Shown here: piece after piece, positions 18,573-30,589 of the stretch
Position numbering within the stretch: position 1 is the first letter of the stretch
Layout of the letters: each line of letters begins with the position of its first letter
Origin: Spirochaetales bacterium UBA6872
Lineage (GTDB): Bacteria; Spirochaetota; Spirochaetia; Sphaerochaetales; Sphaerochaetaceae
NCBI GenBank assembly: GCA_002452215.1
Contig: DKCO01000043.1
Span: forward strand, 3,406 to 67,405
Length of the DNA: 64,000 nucleotides
Direction: 5' to 3'
Translations under genes and position numbers: made by a program
The notes under the pieces: generated by a model
What the model was told of the DNA's origin: nothing
Databases searched by the model: none
Seen by the model: only the letters and a program-made list of their open reading frames with translations

Positions 18573-20242
18573 CCCTCTGTGTTTATAGCTCCCTCTGCCG
18601 CTGAGGAAACATGCTTTGCATATCTTGCAAGATAGCCTTTCGTGATCTTAGGCTCTTTTGGCTTGAACATGGCTCTTCTCTTTGCAAGTTCATCTTCATC
18701 GACAATGAGATCAAGCTTTCCTTCCTCGATATCGATTGAAATAGTATCACCTTCGCAAACGAGTGCAATAGGACCCATATCAGCAGCCTCTGGCGACACA
18801 TGCCCTATCGAGGCACCTCTAGTTGCTCCAGAAAAACGGCCATCTGTGATAAGCGCAACAGACTTATCAAGCCCCATTCCAGCAATAGCTGATGTAGGAG
18901 AAAGCATCTCTCTCATTCCTGGGCCACCCTTTGGGCCTTCGTATCTGATGATTATCACATCGCCAGCATTGATTTTGTTTGCAAAGATTGCACTAATTGC
19001 ATCCTCTTCAGAGTCAAAGACACGAGCGGGCCCTGAGTGCTTGTACATCTCTTTCGCTACCGCAGATTTCTTCACAACAGCACCATTAGGAGCAAGCGAA
19101 CCTTGCAATACCATAATTCCACCTGTTGGCATAAATGGACGCTCAATTGGCCTGATCACTTCCTCATCATAGTTTCTTGCCTTCTCAATCGATGCGCCAA
19201 TTGATTCTCCTGTGACAGTCAAGCAATCGAGATTCAAAAGGTTTTTCTTGCTCATCTCTTTCATTACAGCCATCACACCACCTGCAAGGTTCAAATCTTC
19301 CATATGAGCAGGCCCTGCTGGAGCAAGATGGCAAAGATTAGGAACCTCTTTCGAGTGTTTATTTGCATCGAATATATCTATTTTGATACCAGCTTCATGG
19401 GCAATAGCAGGAATATGCAACATCGTATTCGTAGAACATCCAAGTGCCATATCGACCTTGAGAGCATTCTCCAATGATTTGCTATTGATGATATCTCGGG
19501 CCTTTATATCTTTCTTCAAAAGGTCCATGATTCTGTAACCAGATTCCTTCGCAAGTCTCAATCTTTCAGAGTACACAGCCGGAATCGTGCCATTTCCCGC
19601 AAGTGCAATTCCAACAGCTTCGCAAAGGCAATTCATCGAATTTGCTGTATACATTCCAGAGCAAGAGCCACAGGAAGGGCATGCACTATTCTCCCACTGT
19701 AAGAACTCCTCATCCCCCATTGTCCCAGATGCATGTTTCCCAACAGCTTCGAACATAGACGAAAGAGACATGCCTCTCTTGTCGCCACCCTTTACATGGC
19801 CAGCAAGCATAGGACCGCCTGAGACAAATATCGATGGAAGATTCAAACGAAGTGCAGCCATAAGCATTCCCGGAACAATCTTATCGCAATTCGGAATAAA
19901 GACCAAAGCATCAAATGGATGCGCTGTCGCCATCACCTCAATCGAATCAGCTATAAGCTCACGCGATGCAAGCGAGTATTTCATGCCTGTATGGCCCATT
20001 GCTATTCCATCGCATACTCCGATTGTTGGAAACATTACAGGATTCCCTCCTGCTTCTCTTATGCCAGCCTTTACAGCTTCTCCTATTTTATTAAGCTCCA
20101 TATGGCCAGGGATGATTTCATTGAAAGCGCATACAACACCGATTGTAGGCTTTTGTATCTCGCTATCGGTCCATCCTAAAGCTTTCATCAACGATCTATG
20201 TGGAGCTTTTTCGTCTCCCTTCTTCATCAAGTCAGATCTCAT
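18566..20242 (-). CDS. ilvD: Dihydroxy-acid dehydratase
   Basis: 558 aa with the IlvD/Edd signatures [16 protein letters not shown] and [14 protein letters not shown]-like ([14 protein letters not shown]). Confidence 0.9.
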   Translation of the reverse strand: MRSDLMKKGDEKAPHRSLMKALGWTDSEIQKPTIGVVCAFNEIIPGHMELNKIGEAVKAGIREAGGNPVMFPTIGVCDGIAMGHTGMKYSLASRELIADSIEVMATAHPFDALVFIPNCDKIVPGMLMAALRLNLPSIFVSGGPMLAGHVKGGDKRGMSLSSMFEAVGKHASGTMGDEEFLQWENSACPSCGSCSGMYTANSMNCLCEAVGIALAGNGTIPAVYSERLRLAKESGYRIMDLLKKDIKARDIINSKSLENALKVDMALGCSTNTMLHIPAIAHEAGIKIDIFDANKHSKEVPNLCHLAPAGPAHMEDLNLAGGVMAVMKEMSKKNLLNLDCLTVTGESIGASIEKARNYDEEVIRPIERPFMPTGGIMVLQGSLAPNGAVVKKSAVAKEMYKHSGPARVFDSEEDAISAIFANKINAGDVIIIRYEGPKGGPGMREMLSPTSAIAGMGLDKSVALITDGRFSGATRGASIGHVSPEAADMGPIALVCEGDTISIDIEEGKLDLIVDEDELAKRRAMFKPKEPKITKGYLARYAKHVSSAAEGAINTEGC

Positions 20243-21303
20243 TTGGAAATTCTCCTAACAATTTCATTGCCACACTCCTCTGTAGAGGAATATTTATCAT
20301 TATCACCTTTTATATCAAATGTCCTTATGCCATCAGCCAACGCTCTTTCAACAGCTTTCTCTACAGCCTTCGCTTCACTCTCGAGAGCAAACGAGTAGCG
20401 TAGCATCATTGCAAGAGACAATATAGTCGCGATAGGATTTGCAATTCCTTTTCCTGCTATGTCTGGAGCAGAGCCATGGATCGGCTCGTAAAGTCCAAAC
20501 TTGTCCTCTCTAAGTGATGCAGATGGAAGCATTCCTATTGATCCTGTAATTATAGATGCCTCGTCAGAAAGAATATCGCCGAACATATTCTCTGTAAGAA
20601 TTACATCAAAGCTAGCAGGATTCTTCACAAGTTGCATTGCAGCATTGTCTATGTACATAAAATCCAATGAGATATCATCATATTCTTTCGCAACCTCTGA
20701 TGTAACATCCCTCCATAGTCTTGATGACTCCAAGACATTTGCTTTATCGACAACAGTTACATGTTTTTTTCTCAAGCGAGCACAATCAAATGCCTTCCTC
20801 GAGATTCTTTCAATCTCGCTTTTGTTGTAACTAAGTACATCATAAGCACTGTCATAAGAACGCTCTTTCTTTCCAAAATATATTCCACCAGTAAGCTCTC
20901 TTACTACGAGTATATCCACTCCATTGGCAATCACTTGATCCTTCAATGGAGATGCTGATACGAGCTCTGGATAGATTATTGCAGGGCGCAGATTGCAAAA
21001 AAGGCCAAGCCCACTTCTAAGTCCAAGGATAGCCTTCTCTGGTCTGTTGCCGCTAGGCTCGTTGTCCCACTTAGGGCCTCCGACTGCACCTAAAAGCACA
21101 GAATCACAACTTCTTGCTCTTTCAAGAGTATCTTCAGTCAAAGGCTTTCCAAACTTGTCAATCGATATTCCTCCCGCAAGCAAATTCACATATTCGACAT
21201 TGTGTCCATAGAGGCTTGCGATTCTATCTAAGACTCTAACAGCTTCATTGACTATCTCTGGCCCAATTCCATCACCTGGAATGAGAGCAATTTTCATATC
21301 CAT
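20239..21303 (-). CDS. leuB: 3-isopropylmalate dehydrogenase
   Basis: 354 aa. Motifs [25 protein letters not shown] and [14 protein letters not shown] are present. Confidence 0.9.
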   Translation of the reverse strand: MDMKIALIPGDGIGPEIVNEAVRVLDRIASLYGHNVEYVNLLAGGISIDKFGKPLTEDTLERARSCDSVLLGAVGGPKWDNEPSGNRPEKAILGLRSGLGLFCNLRPAIIYPELVSASPLKDQVIANGVDILVVRELTGGIYFGKKERSYDSAYDVLSYNKSEIERISRKAFDCARLRKKHVTVVDKANVLESSRLWRDVTSEVAKEYDDISLDFMYIDNAAMQLVKNPASFDVILTENMFGDILSDEASIITGSIGMLPSASLREDKFGLYEPIHGSAPDIAGKGIANPIATILSLAMMLRYSFALESEAKAVEKAVERALADGIRTFDIKGDNDKYSSTEECGNEIVRRISK

Positions 21304-21791
21304 TAAAACTTCTCCTTTATGTATGGTGCAAGACCTCCGGCTTTTATCAACTCCTGCATAAAAGGAGGAAATGGCTCAGCTCTATATTCCTTGCCAGTCG
21401 TTTCATCCTTAATCAAACCTGATGAGAAATCCACTGAAACTATATCAGATTGGGAAATTCCTGCAACAGCATCTGGACATTCCAAGATTGCAAGTCCAAT
21501 ATTCAATGAGTTGCGATAAAAAATACGTGCAAATGATGATGCTATTACAAGGCTTACTCCTGACGCTTTTAGAGCAATAGGGGCATGCTCTCTAGATGAT
21601 CCACAACCAAAGTTCTTGCCAGCAACAATGATATCACCTGGATGAACCTTGTGTATGAAATCGGGATCAATGTCCTCCATTGCATGGCTTGCAAGTTCCT
21701 TTGGATCAGATGTGTTTAGATACCTCGCTGGAATGATTACATCTGTATCAACGTTGTCTTTGTATTTGAATACTCTTCCTTTAGCGTTCAT
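21303..21791 (-). CDS. leuD: 3-isopropylmalate dehydratase small subunit
   Basis: 162 aa with [12 protein letters not shown], adjacent to leuC. Confidence 0.85.
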   Translation of the reverse strand: MNAKGRVFKYKDNVDTDVIIPARYLNTSDPKELASHAMEDIDPDFIHKVHPGDIIVAGKNFGCGSSREHAPIALKASGVSLVIASSFARIFYRNSLNIGLAILECPDAVAGISQSDIVSVDFSSGLIKDETTGKEYRAEPFPPFMQELIKAGGLAPYIKEKF

Positions 21792-23050
21792 ACCATCTCC
21801 CTTGGATCTGTGATATAACCTGTGATCGCACTGGATGCGGCAACAGCAGGAGACGAAAGATAAACCTCGCTCTTTATATGTCCCATCCTTCCCACGAAGT
21901 TTCTATTTGTGGTACTTATGCATCTTTCTCCCTCTGCAAGGATTCCCATATAACCACCAAGGCATGGGCCACATGTTGGTGTTGATACGACACATCCAGC
22001 ATCTATGAAGATATCAAATAGTCCTTCTTCCATTGCTTCCTTCCAAATCTTCTGCGTGGCTGGTATCACTATGCATCTGACATCTTTTGCGACATTATGA
22101 CCTTTTAGGATCCTAGCAGCTGCTCGAAGATCTGATATTCTTCCATTTGTGCATGATCCAATCACAACTTGATCGATTGATATATCTCTAGCATCCTTTG
22201 CAAGATGTGTATTCTCAGGAAGATGGGGATAAGATACTGTAGGCTCCAATGAAGAAAGATCCACTTCGATAACTTGATCATATTCAGCATCTTTGTCAGA
22301 GGCGAAAATCAAAGGCTCTTTCGCTCCAGCTTCCTTCAAATAAGAGAGAGTCTTGTCATCTACTGGGAATATTCCGTTTTTAGCACCAGCCTCTATTGCC
22401 ATATTGGAAACTGTGAACCTATCATCCATTGATAAAGATGATACACCATCTCCAGAGAATTCCATTGCTTTATAAAGAGCGCCATCTACTCCTATTTTGC
22501 CTATTATGTGCAAAATCAGATCCTTTCCAGAGACATATTCAGCCATTTTCCCGATAAGATTGAACTTTATGGATGATGGCACTTTGAACCATGCTTTTCC
22601 TATTGCCATACCGGCAGCCATATCGGTAGAACCAACACCTGTTGAGAATGCACCAAGCGCTCCATATGTACATGTATGGCTATCGGCTCCTATAACGACA
22701 TCACCAGCTGTGACAAGGCCTTTTTCTGGCAATAGTGCATGTTCTATTCCAACTCTTCCTACCTCAAAATAATTCTCTATCTCTTCTTTCTTTGCAAAAT
22801 TTCGAACACATAGGCATTGCTCAGCTGCCTTTATGTCCTTATTGGGAGTAAAATGATCTGGGACGAGAGCAATCTTCTTCTTGTCAAAGACTCTCTCTTT
22901 TCCAAACTTTGCAAATTCCTTTATCGCAACTGGACTTGTTATATCATTTCCAAGCACCAATGACAAATTAGCCATGATAAGCTGTCCAGGGTGCACTTCC
23001 TTCTCTCCTGATGCATGAGAGAGGATCTTCTCTGTCATAGTCATTGCCAT
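21788..23050 (-). CDS. leuC: 3-isopropylmalate dehydratase large subunit
   Basis: 420 aa aconitase-family protein with the motifs DSHT and GSCTNGR. Confidence 0.85.
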   Translation of the reverse strand: MAMTMTEKILSHASGEKEVHPGQLIMANLSLVLGNDITSPVAIKEFAKFGKERVFDKKKIALVPDHFTPNKDIKAAEQCLCVRNFAKKEEIENYFEVGRVGIEHALLPEKGLVTAGDVVIGADSHTCTYGALGAFSTGVGSTDMAAGMAIGKAWFKVPSSIKFNLIGKMAEYVSGKDLILHIIGKIGVDGALYKAMEFSGDGVSSLSMDDRFTVSNMAIEAGAKNGIFPVDDKTLSYLKEAGAKEPLIFASDKDAEYDQVIEVDLSSLEPTVSYPHLPENTHLAKDARDISIDQVVIGSCTNGRISDLRAAARILKGHNVAKDVRCIVIPATQKIWKEAMEEGLFDIFIDAGCVVSTPTCGPCLGGYMGILAEGERCISTTNRNFVGRMGHIKSEVYLSSPAVAASSAITGYITDPREMV

Positions 23051-24646
23051 TTATTTGTTCCTTTTATCTGTATGGTCCATTAGCATATCATTCTCAAATG
23101 ACATAGAGCTTGCATTTATTCCGCCAGCAATTGATGTAGATGACTCATCAAGCATCTTGTTGACAGCATTAAGACATGCAAGGATTGAAGCCTCGATGAT
23201 GTCTGTGGAAAGGCCTCTTCCCCTGAAGACACCTTTTTGATCTGATATCTTCACCAAAGCCTCTCCAAGAGCGTCTCTATGCTCTGTGACAGCTGAAAGT
23301 TGATAGTCTTCCAGCGAAAATGGATGCTTTATTATCTTCTCTATTGTCCTTAGTGATGCATACACTGGTCCTGTTCCAGTCGAAACATCTTGATAACTCT
23401 TCCCATTCTTCTTCAGTGTTATGACAGCCGATGATGTCATAGTGTTTCCACTGTTGATAACAAAATCCTCAAGCGTCCAGGTCTGGTTCTCAACAATGTC
23501 TGTTGACTCCACAAGTGCGATAATATCCCTATCTGTTACATTCTTTTTCCTATCGCACAGTTTTTTGAAACTAGAGAAAAGCCTTGAGCACTCATCCTTG
23601 TCCAGCTTATAGCCAAGCTCCTCGAGTTTTTTCTCGAAAGCATGTTGCCCTGAGTGCTTGCCCAGGACAAGATTTGTCTTCACGACTCCAACAGACTCAG
23701 GATTCATTATCTCATATGTTTTTGCATTCGCTAAAATACCATGCTGATGGATTCCTGACTCATGCGCAAAAGCATTGTCTCCGACAATCGCCTTAGACGG
23801 ATTTATCTTGACTCCAGTTATCGTCGAAAGGAGCTTCGCTGTTCTATAAATCTGCTCTGTCTTTATGCCTGTTGTGAAATCAAACTTATCAGAGCGAGTC
23901 TTCATCGCCATGACAATCTCCTCCAGAGCAGCATTGCCAGCCCTCTCTCCAATTCCACAAATAGTGCATTCAACTTGCCTTGCACCAGCTTCCAATCCTG
24001 AGATTGTGTTTGCAACAGCCAGCCCAAGGTCATTGTGATTATGCATTGATATTATGGCTTTATCTATATTAGGGACATTGTTCCTGACATAGCTTACCAT
24101 CTCGAAGATCTCATTTGGAGTCGAATAGCCAACAGTATCGGGCAAATTTATTGTCCTAGCACCCTTATCAATAGCTGTCTCGACAACCTTGCACATGAAA
24201 TCCTTATCCGTTCTAGTAGCATCCTCAAGAGAAAACTCAACATCAGGACAGAGCGAACTTGCGTAAGAAACATTCTCAGCAATTCGCTCTAGTGCTGTCT
24301 TCCTGTCCATCTTGAGCTTGTACTCGAGATGCAAATCAGATGTTGCAAGAAAGAGATGTATCCTAGGTCGTGAGGCTTTTTTTACAGCATTCCAAGCTGC
24401 ATCTATATCCTTTTTCAAGGCTCGAGCAAGAGAGGCAACTGTGACATCCTTCACAGCTGTGCTTATCGCCTCTACACTCTCAAAATCTCCAGGAGACGAT
24501 ATAGCAAAACCAGCTTCAATGATATCTACTCCAAGGCATTCTAGCTGTTTTGCCATTCGGATCTTCTCTTCTAGATTCATTGAATATCCTGGTGCCTGTT
24601 CCCCATCCCTCAAAGTAGTATCAAATATATAGACACGCTCTGCCAT
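23051..24646 (-). CDS. leuA: 2-isopropylmalate synthase (citramalate synthase not excluded)
   Basis: 531 aa. N-terminus is IFDTTLRDGEQAPG, with HNHNDLGLAVAN and a C-terminal LeuA-dimer regulatory region. Confidence 0.8.
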   Translation of the reverse strand: MAERVYIFDTTLRDGEQAPGYSMNLEEKIRMAKQLECLGVDIIEAGFAISSPGDFESVEAISTAVKDVTVASLARALKKDIDAAWNAVKKASRPRIHLFLATSDLHLEYKLKMDRKTALERIAENVSYASSLCPDVEFSLEDATRTDKDFMCKVVETAIDKGARTINLPDTVGYSTPNEIFEMVSYVRNNVPNIDKAIISMHNHNDLGLAVANTISGLEAGARQVECTICGIGERAGNAALEEIVMAMKTRSDKFDFTTGIKTEQIYRTAKLLSTITGVKINPSKAIVGDNAFAHESGIHQHGILANAKTYEIMNPESVGVVKTNLVLGKHSGQHAFEKKLEELGYKLDKDECSRLFSSFKKLCDRKKNVTDRDIIALVESTDIVENQTWTLEDFVINSGNTMTSSAVITLKKNGKSYQDVSTGTGPVYASLRTIEKIIKHPFSLEDYQLSAVTEHRDALGEALVKISDQKGVFRGRGLSTDIIEASILACLNAVNKMLDESSTSIAGGINASSMSFENDMLMDHTDKRNK

Positions 24647-24667
24647 ATCATATCTCCCATCTTTTCT

Positions 24668-25687
<1,020 letters not shown>

Positions 25688-25695
25688 TCATATAT

Positions 25696-26220
25696 TCAAT
25701 CTTCAAATGAGATTTCAGCTAAAGCTCTATGACCGCGCTCAAGCGCTGTCATTCCCGTTCTTACCAACTCGACAATGCCATATTGCCTCGCAAGGGCCAA
25801 AAACGAATCGATCTTATCTACATTGCCAACAATCTGGAAAGAAACAGTCTCTGGTGTAACATCTATGATCTTTGCCTTGAATATCTCTCCTAGTGTTATT
25901 ATGTCTGCTCGATTTACGCTATCAGCCTTTATCTTTATCATCACAAGCTCTGCACTAACAGATCCTGATGGCGTCATCTCATAGACTCTGATCACATCAA
26001 CAAGCTTCTCAACCTGTCTGATTATTTGTTCAACAATATTCCTGTCACCAGCAACCACAATGGTTATACGGCTTTTGCCAGGGTCTTCAGTCTCACCTAC
26101 TGAAAGCGAGTCGATATTGTAGCCTCTGCGGGAAAAGAGAGCGACAACTCTCATCAATACGCCAGCTTTGTTGTTTACCAAAATCGCCAATGTATAACGC
26201 TCTTTATTGCTATTGTCCAT
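25696..26220 (-). CDS. ilvN: Acetolactate synthase small (regulatory) subunit
   Basis: 174 aa. The ACT domain starts YTLAILVNNKAGVLMRVVALFSRRGYNIDSLSVG. Confidence 0.85.
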   Translation of the reverse strand: MDNSNKERYTLAILVNNKAGVLMRVVALFSRRGYNIDSLSVGETEDPGKSRITIVVAGDRNIVEQIIRQVEKLVDVIRVYEMTPSGSVSAELVMIKIKADSVNRADIITLGEIFKAKIIDVTPETVSFQIVGNVDKIDSFLALARQYGIVELVRTGMTALERGHRALAEISFED

Positions 26221-26231
26221 AGCCCACTCCT

Positions 26232-26284
26232 AAAAAAACAACCCGCGATTCTTGACCACGGGTTTATGCTCTAGCTAAACCGTG
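26232..26284 (-). terminator. Attenuator: mutually exclusive antiterminator and Rho-independent terminator upstream of ilvN
   Basis: RNA reads CACGGUUU-AGCUAGAGCAU-AAACCCGUG-GUCAAGAAUCG-CGGGUU-G-UUUUUUU. The terminator stem AACCCG/CGGGUU plus U7 ends 11 nt before the ilvN ATG, abutting its AGGAG RBS. The alternative stem CACGG(UUU)/(AAA)CCCGUG uses the same ACCCG bases. Confidence 0.6.
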
Positions 26285-26288
26285 AATC

Positions 26289-26351
26289 TCAGGCTAGTAC
26301 TAGGATAGAAAAAACGAGGACTGAAAATACACAAATCAAAACATCTTCCAT
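26289..26351 (-). CDS. Branched-chain amino acid leader peptide (20 aa, MEDVLICVFSVLVFSILVLA)
   Basis: ATG at 26351 follows GAGGAGAGCGAGGATA. 11 of 20 codons are Val, Leu or Ile. The stop lies 4 nt before the antiterminator arm. The ORF is too short to appear in the ORF track. Confidence 0.55.
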   Translation of the reverse strand: MEDVLICVFSVLVFSILVLA

Positions 26352-26386
26352 TATCCTCGCTCTCCTCTACGTTTTGTTATGTTTGC

Positions 26387-26415
26387 AATATATAGATTTA
26401 TAAATTTGCTGTCAA
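26387..26415 (-). promoter_or_regulatory. Sigma70-like promoter of the ilv-leu operon
   Basis: The minus strand has TTGACA (26415-26410), a 17-nt spacer, then TATATT (26392-26387), about 35 nt upstream of the leader-peptide ATG. Confidence 0.5.
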
Positions 26416-26474
26416 TATTTACTTTTCAAATATCAGATAATAACATATAATATTCGCAAATATTCGATAATACG

Positions 26475-27545
26475 ATGATTAATATTAACAACATAACTAT
26501 AACAGAAGAACTATTGAATTCAATTTGCAAAATAGAACTGTTTCGTGGAGCATGGAGCTTCATGACCAAAGACAAAGACTCGTTGATGACTATACTCAGA
26601 GCCCAAGCAAAGATAGCATCCACAGGCTCATCAAGCAGAATAGAAGGAAGCTTGTTAAAGGATTATGAAGTCGAAAAGGTCCTGGCTGGCGTATCATCAC
26701 CTTCTTTCAGGCAAAGAGATGTGCGTGAAGCTCGTGGCTATGCTAGAGCGCTTTCATTGATAAATGATGATTATGAAGTGATGCAATTGTCAGAGCAAGA
26801 GATAAAAAACTTGCATTCGATACTCATATCGGATAAAACAAGGGATGAGTACAGAAAGACAGCAAAACCTGAACAGAACATTCTAAGCGACGAGCCTACA
26901 ATCGAAAATGCATCAGCTTTGGATGCACCAGCAATGCTTGATGAGCTTATAGCAAGAACAAATACACAGATAAAGAGCGAAATGTACCATCCTTTGCTGA
27001 TTGCTGCTGTCTTCATGGAGAACTTCCTATCAATTAACCCATTCGGCGAAGGAAACGGAAGAATGGCTAGGCTTCTTTCGATGTTGATTCTATTGAAAAA
27101 GGGATACTACTTTATCTCATACTACCCATTCGAGACTATCTTTGAAGAGACAAGAAAAAGCTATCTTACAGCATTGAAGAAAAGCCAAAGCCAAAACGAC
27201 AGCGACTCTTGGCTGTCATATTTTGTAAAAGTCTTCGAAAAAGTCTCTTTAAGACTCTCATCGAGGATAATGAAAGACAATTCAACATCGGAAGAGGACA
27301 GGTATATAAACCTTTCGCCGATCGAGAGAGATATCTTAAAATGCATCTTGGACAGGGATTCGATCTATACAACAGAATTGATTGCATTGTTGCCAAACTA
27401 TAAAGTCCCAACATTGAAGAAAGCACTGAAATCCCTTGTCGAAAAAAAAGAGCTGGCAATGCTTGGCGTTGGTCGCGGAACTTATTACAAGGATATTGAA
27501 AAATTCTCCCATACCGACGATATGGGAGCAAATCCCAAGAGTTAG
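26475..27545 (+). CDS. Fic-family protein with C-terminal winged-helix domain and a degenerate active-site motif
   Basis: 356 aa. It has the N-terminal SSRIEG inhibitory-helix-type motif. The Fic motif reads NPFGEGNGRMAR, against the canonical HPFx(D/E)GNGRxxR. A C-terminal wHTH follows (ERDILKCILDR...TTELIALL). Confidence 0.75.
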   Translation: MININNITITEELLNSICKIELFRGAWSFMTKDKDSLMTILRAQAKIASTGSSSRIEGSLLKDYEVEKVLAGVSSPSFRQRDVREARGYARALSLINDDYEVMQLSEQEIKNLHSILISDKTRDEYRKTAKPEQNILSDEPTIENASALDAPAMLDELIARTNTQIKSEMYHPLLIAAVFMENFLSINPFGEGNGRMARLLSMLILLKKGYYFISYYPFETIFEETRKSYLTALKKSQSQNDSDSWLSYFVKVFEKVSLRLSSRIMKDNSTSEEDRYINLSPIERDILKCILDRDSIYTTELIALLPNYKVPTLKKALKSLVEKKELAMLGVGRGTYYKDIEKFSHTDDMGANPKS

Positions 27546-29281
27546 TATTTGATGCTAGTTCCAAATGAAAGTTGTAAGTCATAGCAATTGACATAAGCTT
27601 TGTTATGCAAGTTTGCCTTTGATACCAAATATGCGCTGAAATTCAAATCAAGCCATGAAAGAGGAGAATATTCAACCTCTGCGCCAAGTGCAAATGTATA
27701 TTCGATTTCACCACTCTCATCTTTATCAAATGGATTTATCGTACTTGGCGCTGTTGTCAATTCCCCATTGCCAAGTTTGTTTGTCTCTCCATACCAAGAT
27801 GTAACAGAGAATTTATCAATAACTCCATGGGCCAAGACAAACATATTACCAGTCACATCAAATACTCCAGGCTTTTTGTATCCTACAGACAAGAGAGATG
27901 CTATTGCATCTGAGCCAAATGGGAATGAAAGATATCTGTATATTCCAGAAACATTTTTCTGATCACGATACCTGATTGATGAGATGAAACTGAAATCATA
28001 GCCACCGGCTGTTCCATTGCCATTTGCTCTATGGTAGATAAAAGGTGATGTGTATACAATTTCCATGTTTCCATGTAGATATCCTTTAGCAAGGGGTTTT
28101 CTGAATCTCAAGCCTCCCATTATGCCAAACGCATTTGCTGTAGCCCCATCATTTGGTGGTTGTGGCTCACCAGGAAGAGCCCAATCATCCAATCCAAACT
28201 GCGCATAGATAGAGAAATTATTGACCGGAGCATACTCGATTTCCATTGCCGCAAAGGAATTTGAATGGCCTGCTATATAGCCATTATGCAAGAATGCCAT
28301 TGGATTAAGAACTTGCGGATCGATATACATATCATTCGAGGCATACATAATGGAATCGATCAATGCAAGCTGGAGTTTTCCAGAGAAAAGCGAGAACTCG
28401 AATCTATGAGCAAGCAAAAATCTTATTCCATTCATTGTACCTCGGTCACCTGCACCTCCTTCACCATAGAGATTTTCAAATGGAGTAAAGAAATCAACAA
28501 GCATTTGGTAGTTGAACCACTTAGAACCTGTGAATGACATAGAGAGCATGTTATGGAATGGAAGAGTATCGCCTAAGAGCATATTACCCATAACGCCATT
28601 GCCCCACTCTATCCTATCTTTTCCTGCATAGAGCCTAAATGCATCAAATCCTAGAACAAAATACGCCCTGTCAGGGAAATTCATCGAATCCAATCTTCCT
28701 GGCAAAAATGGGATATTCGATGCATATTGAGAGGAGAAAACATCTGTCACATACTTATTGCTGATTCTTTTTGTATTTTCATCCAAAGTTATATATTCAA
28801 TATCGGCAATCTCAGATGAAAGAGACGCATTCATGAAAAGCGCAATGTTATCTGAGTAGGAAAATCCAATTCCAAGATTCAAGAGTTTTCTATCCAAGGT
28901 ATTGGAGAGCAAAATATCATCGCTTTTATCAAGGTTCTCATTTGTGTGGTAGATAATATTTGGCTCTATCGTTGCACTGAACTCAAACCTGGCTTCATCG
29001 ATCTTCTCTGAAAGCTCCGATTCAATCCTTTCCTTTAGAACCTTGCCCATATCAGTCTTTGGATCGATTCTATCCAACAGATGCTGTACATCAAGTTCAG
29101 ACCATGGTTTTGCACCCATCGGGGATGCCTTTCCCTCAAGGATATACAGATCCTCCATCTCGCTATATATTGAGCTATCCATATCAATCATCATCAAAGT
29201 CGACGAAAAGACATTTGGCAAAAGAAGAACAAAAGCCAAGAAAGACAGAAAAACCCTTCTCATTCTATAGATTCCCTCCAT
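27542..29281 (-). CDS. Putative outer-membrane beta-barrel protein (hypothetical)
   Basis: 579 aa with signal peptide MRRVFLSFLAFVLLLPNVFS. It has a long run of amphipathic strands and ends in an aromatic residue (...SFGTSIKY), as many OMPs do. I am not confident of the family. Confidence 0.5.
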   Translation of the reverse strand: MEGIYRMRRVFLSFLAFVLLLPNVFSSTLMMIDMDSSIYSEMEDLYILEGKASPMGAKPWSELDVQHLLDRIDPKTDMGKVLKERIESELSEKIDEARFEFSATIEPNIIYHTNENLDKSDDILLSNTLDRKLLNLGIGFSYSDNIALFMNASLSSEIADIEYITLDENTKRISNKYVTDVFSSQYASNIPFLPGRLDSMNFPDRAYFVLGFDAFRLYAGKDRIEWGNGVMGNMLLGDTLPFHNMLSMSFTGSKWFNYQMLVDFFTPFENLYGEGGAGDRGTMNGIRFLLAHRFEFSLFSGKLQLALIDSIMYASNDMYIDPQVLNPMAFLHNGYIAGHSNSFAAMEIEYAPVNNFSIYAQFGLDDWALPGEPQPPNDGATANAFGIMGGLRFRKPLAKGYLHGNMEIVYTSPFIYHRANGNGTAGGYDFSFISSIRYRDQKNVSGIYRYLSFPFGSDAIASLLSVGYKKPGVFDVTGNMFVLAHGVIDKFSVTSWYGETNKLGNGELTTAPSTINPFDKDESGEIEYTFALGAEVEYSPLSWLDLNFSAYLVSKANLHNKAYVNCYDLQLSFGTSIKY

Positions 29282-29485
29282 TTATCCTATATAGCATAAC
29301 AGATGAAATGCATCGCTAGAAAGCCAGTTAAGTGTTATTGCATCCAATTTCTTGTCTATGTTTTTCCAATACCTTGTCGTCCATACCCATATTGCAACTA
29401 ATTTTCCTTATGCATGCTTTTTGATAACAATTGCTTCTATTTGTGTGTACTCCATACAGCAATAGGCAAAAGAAAGCAAAATTTA

Positions 29486-30589
29486 TCACATGCGTATATA
29501 AAAATCGGAATTGTCTTTAATCGAGAAGTTATCAAAATACCTTTCTTCCATAGGAATCCACTTGCTGATAAACGTTTTCAGCATCTTCTCTCCATTTCGT
29601 TTGCGAATACGATCTATCTGTTTTTCAGGCATAACATCGCAAAAGATGGTTATAGTCGCATATTTTCCGAATTTCGGATGATGGCTGTATGATCCTTCAA
29701 CGATGCGAAATTGCTTATCTCTGATTTCACGCATGCCGGCAAAATCCATAACACTACAATCGAAAAAACGATAAGAAAACGGCTTCTTCTCAAAAAGAAA
29801 TGGAATAACTTCATTTGAAAATCTTTCATAATGGATATTGCCACCTATTTCATTCAAACGCTCTTCTGTTCGCAAAATGGGTGGCAAAAAGAAATCATCC
29901 ATCGAAATGACATCTGAATCAAGAACACTTTTTAGGCAATTTGCAAGCGTTGTTTTGCCAGAAGCGGCTCTGCCATCGATGGCAATAATGCACGTCTTAT
30001 TGTCATTTAAATATTCCTTTGCCTTTTTGAGAATAGGAAGTATTTTGCAAAAAGTGCTATCGACGACCCTGTATGCTGGGCTCTCATTTTCCTTGTAGTA
30101 CTTACTGTGGCTAACAGGAGGCATACCGTTCTTTTTATATTCGGCAATGTATCTATCCCATTCGTCTTTTCCAAAGCCCATCGCATCAAAGCAACACTCG
30201 GCATCTTCTAGATACTCTGAAAACTTTTCCTTGCCATCTTGCTCTAACTTGCAAGAACATACAAACATGCGATACAGCCATTGGAGTGGAAGGTTCGAAG
30301 CTTTCCAAACAGAAAGATTCACACGACAAACAGTATCAGAGATCTCTTCATATAATTCACCATCTGTCGGAACAACCTTTGCATATTCCTTATCAAGGCA
30401 ACTCTTCGCACTGTCAAGATCTGACAATAAATGCTCGGCACCAAATGCAGCTTGATAACACATTTTCACAACATCCTGTGGCTTAATCGATGGATGTTTT
30501 TTTATTTGCATTCTCAAAAATGTCTCAAAGCACATTGCTCGGGCCTCAGTTGAAGAAAGTTTCGGTATCAATCTTTTGATAGCCACCAA
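29486..30589 (-). CDS. P-loop kinase (uridine-kinase-like) with an uncharacterised N-terminal domain
   Basis: Walker A motif IIAIDGRAASGKTTLAN sits mid-protein. The start is more likely M19 (30535), which would avoid a 44-nt overlap with the upstream gene. Confidence 0.55.
   Translation of the reverse strand: MVAIKRLIPKLSSTEARAMCFETFLRMQIKKHPSIKPQDVVKMCYQAAFGAEHLLSDLDSAKSCLDKEYAKVVPTDGELYEEISDTVCRVNLSVWKASNLPLQWLYRMFVCSCKLEQDGKEKFSEYLEDAECCFDAMGFGKDEWDRYIAEYKKNGMPPVSHSKYYKENESPAYRVVDSTFCKILPILKKAKEYLNDNKTCIIAIDGRAASGKTTLANCLKSVLDSDVISMDDFFLPPILRTEERLNEIGGNIHYERFSNEVIPFLFEKKPFSYRFFDCSVMDFAGMREIRDKQFRIVEGSYSHHPKFGKYATITIFCDVMPEKQIDRIRKRNGEKMLKTFISKWIPMEERYFDNFSIKDNSDFYIRM

Noticed and set aside
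26221-26420. T-box riboswitch upstream of the ilv-leu operon.
   Set aside because: The leader is only about 150 nt. It lacks the conserved T-box sequence (AGGGUGGNACCGCG-like) and a specifier-loop architecture. The Val/Leu/Ile-rich mini-ORF plus alternative hairpins explains the region better.
27542-29281. Assignment of the 579-aa secreted protein to the Wzi capsule-assembly family.
   Set aside because: The resemblance is only in overall architecture (N-terminal helical region plus beta-barrel-like body), and I could not recall diagnostic motifs. It is left as a generic putative OMP.
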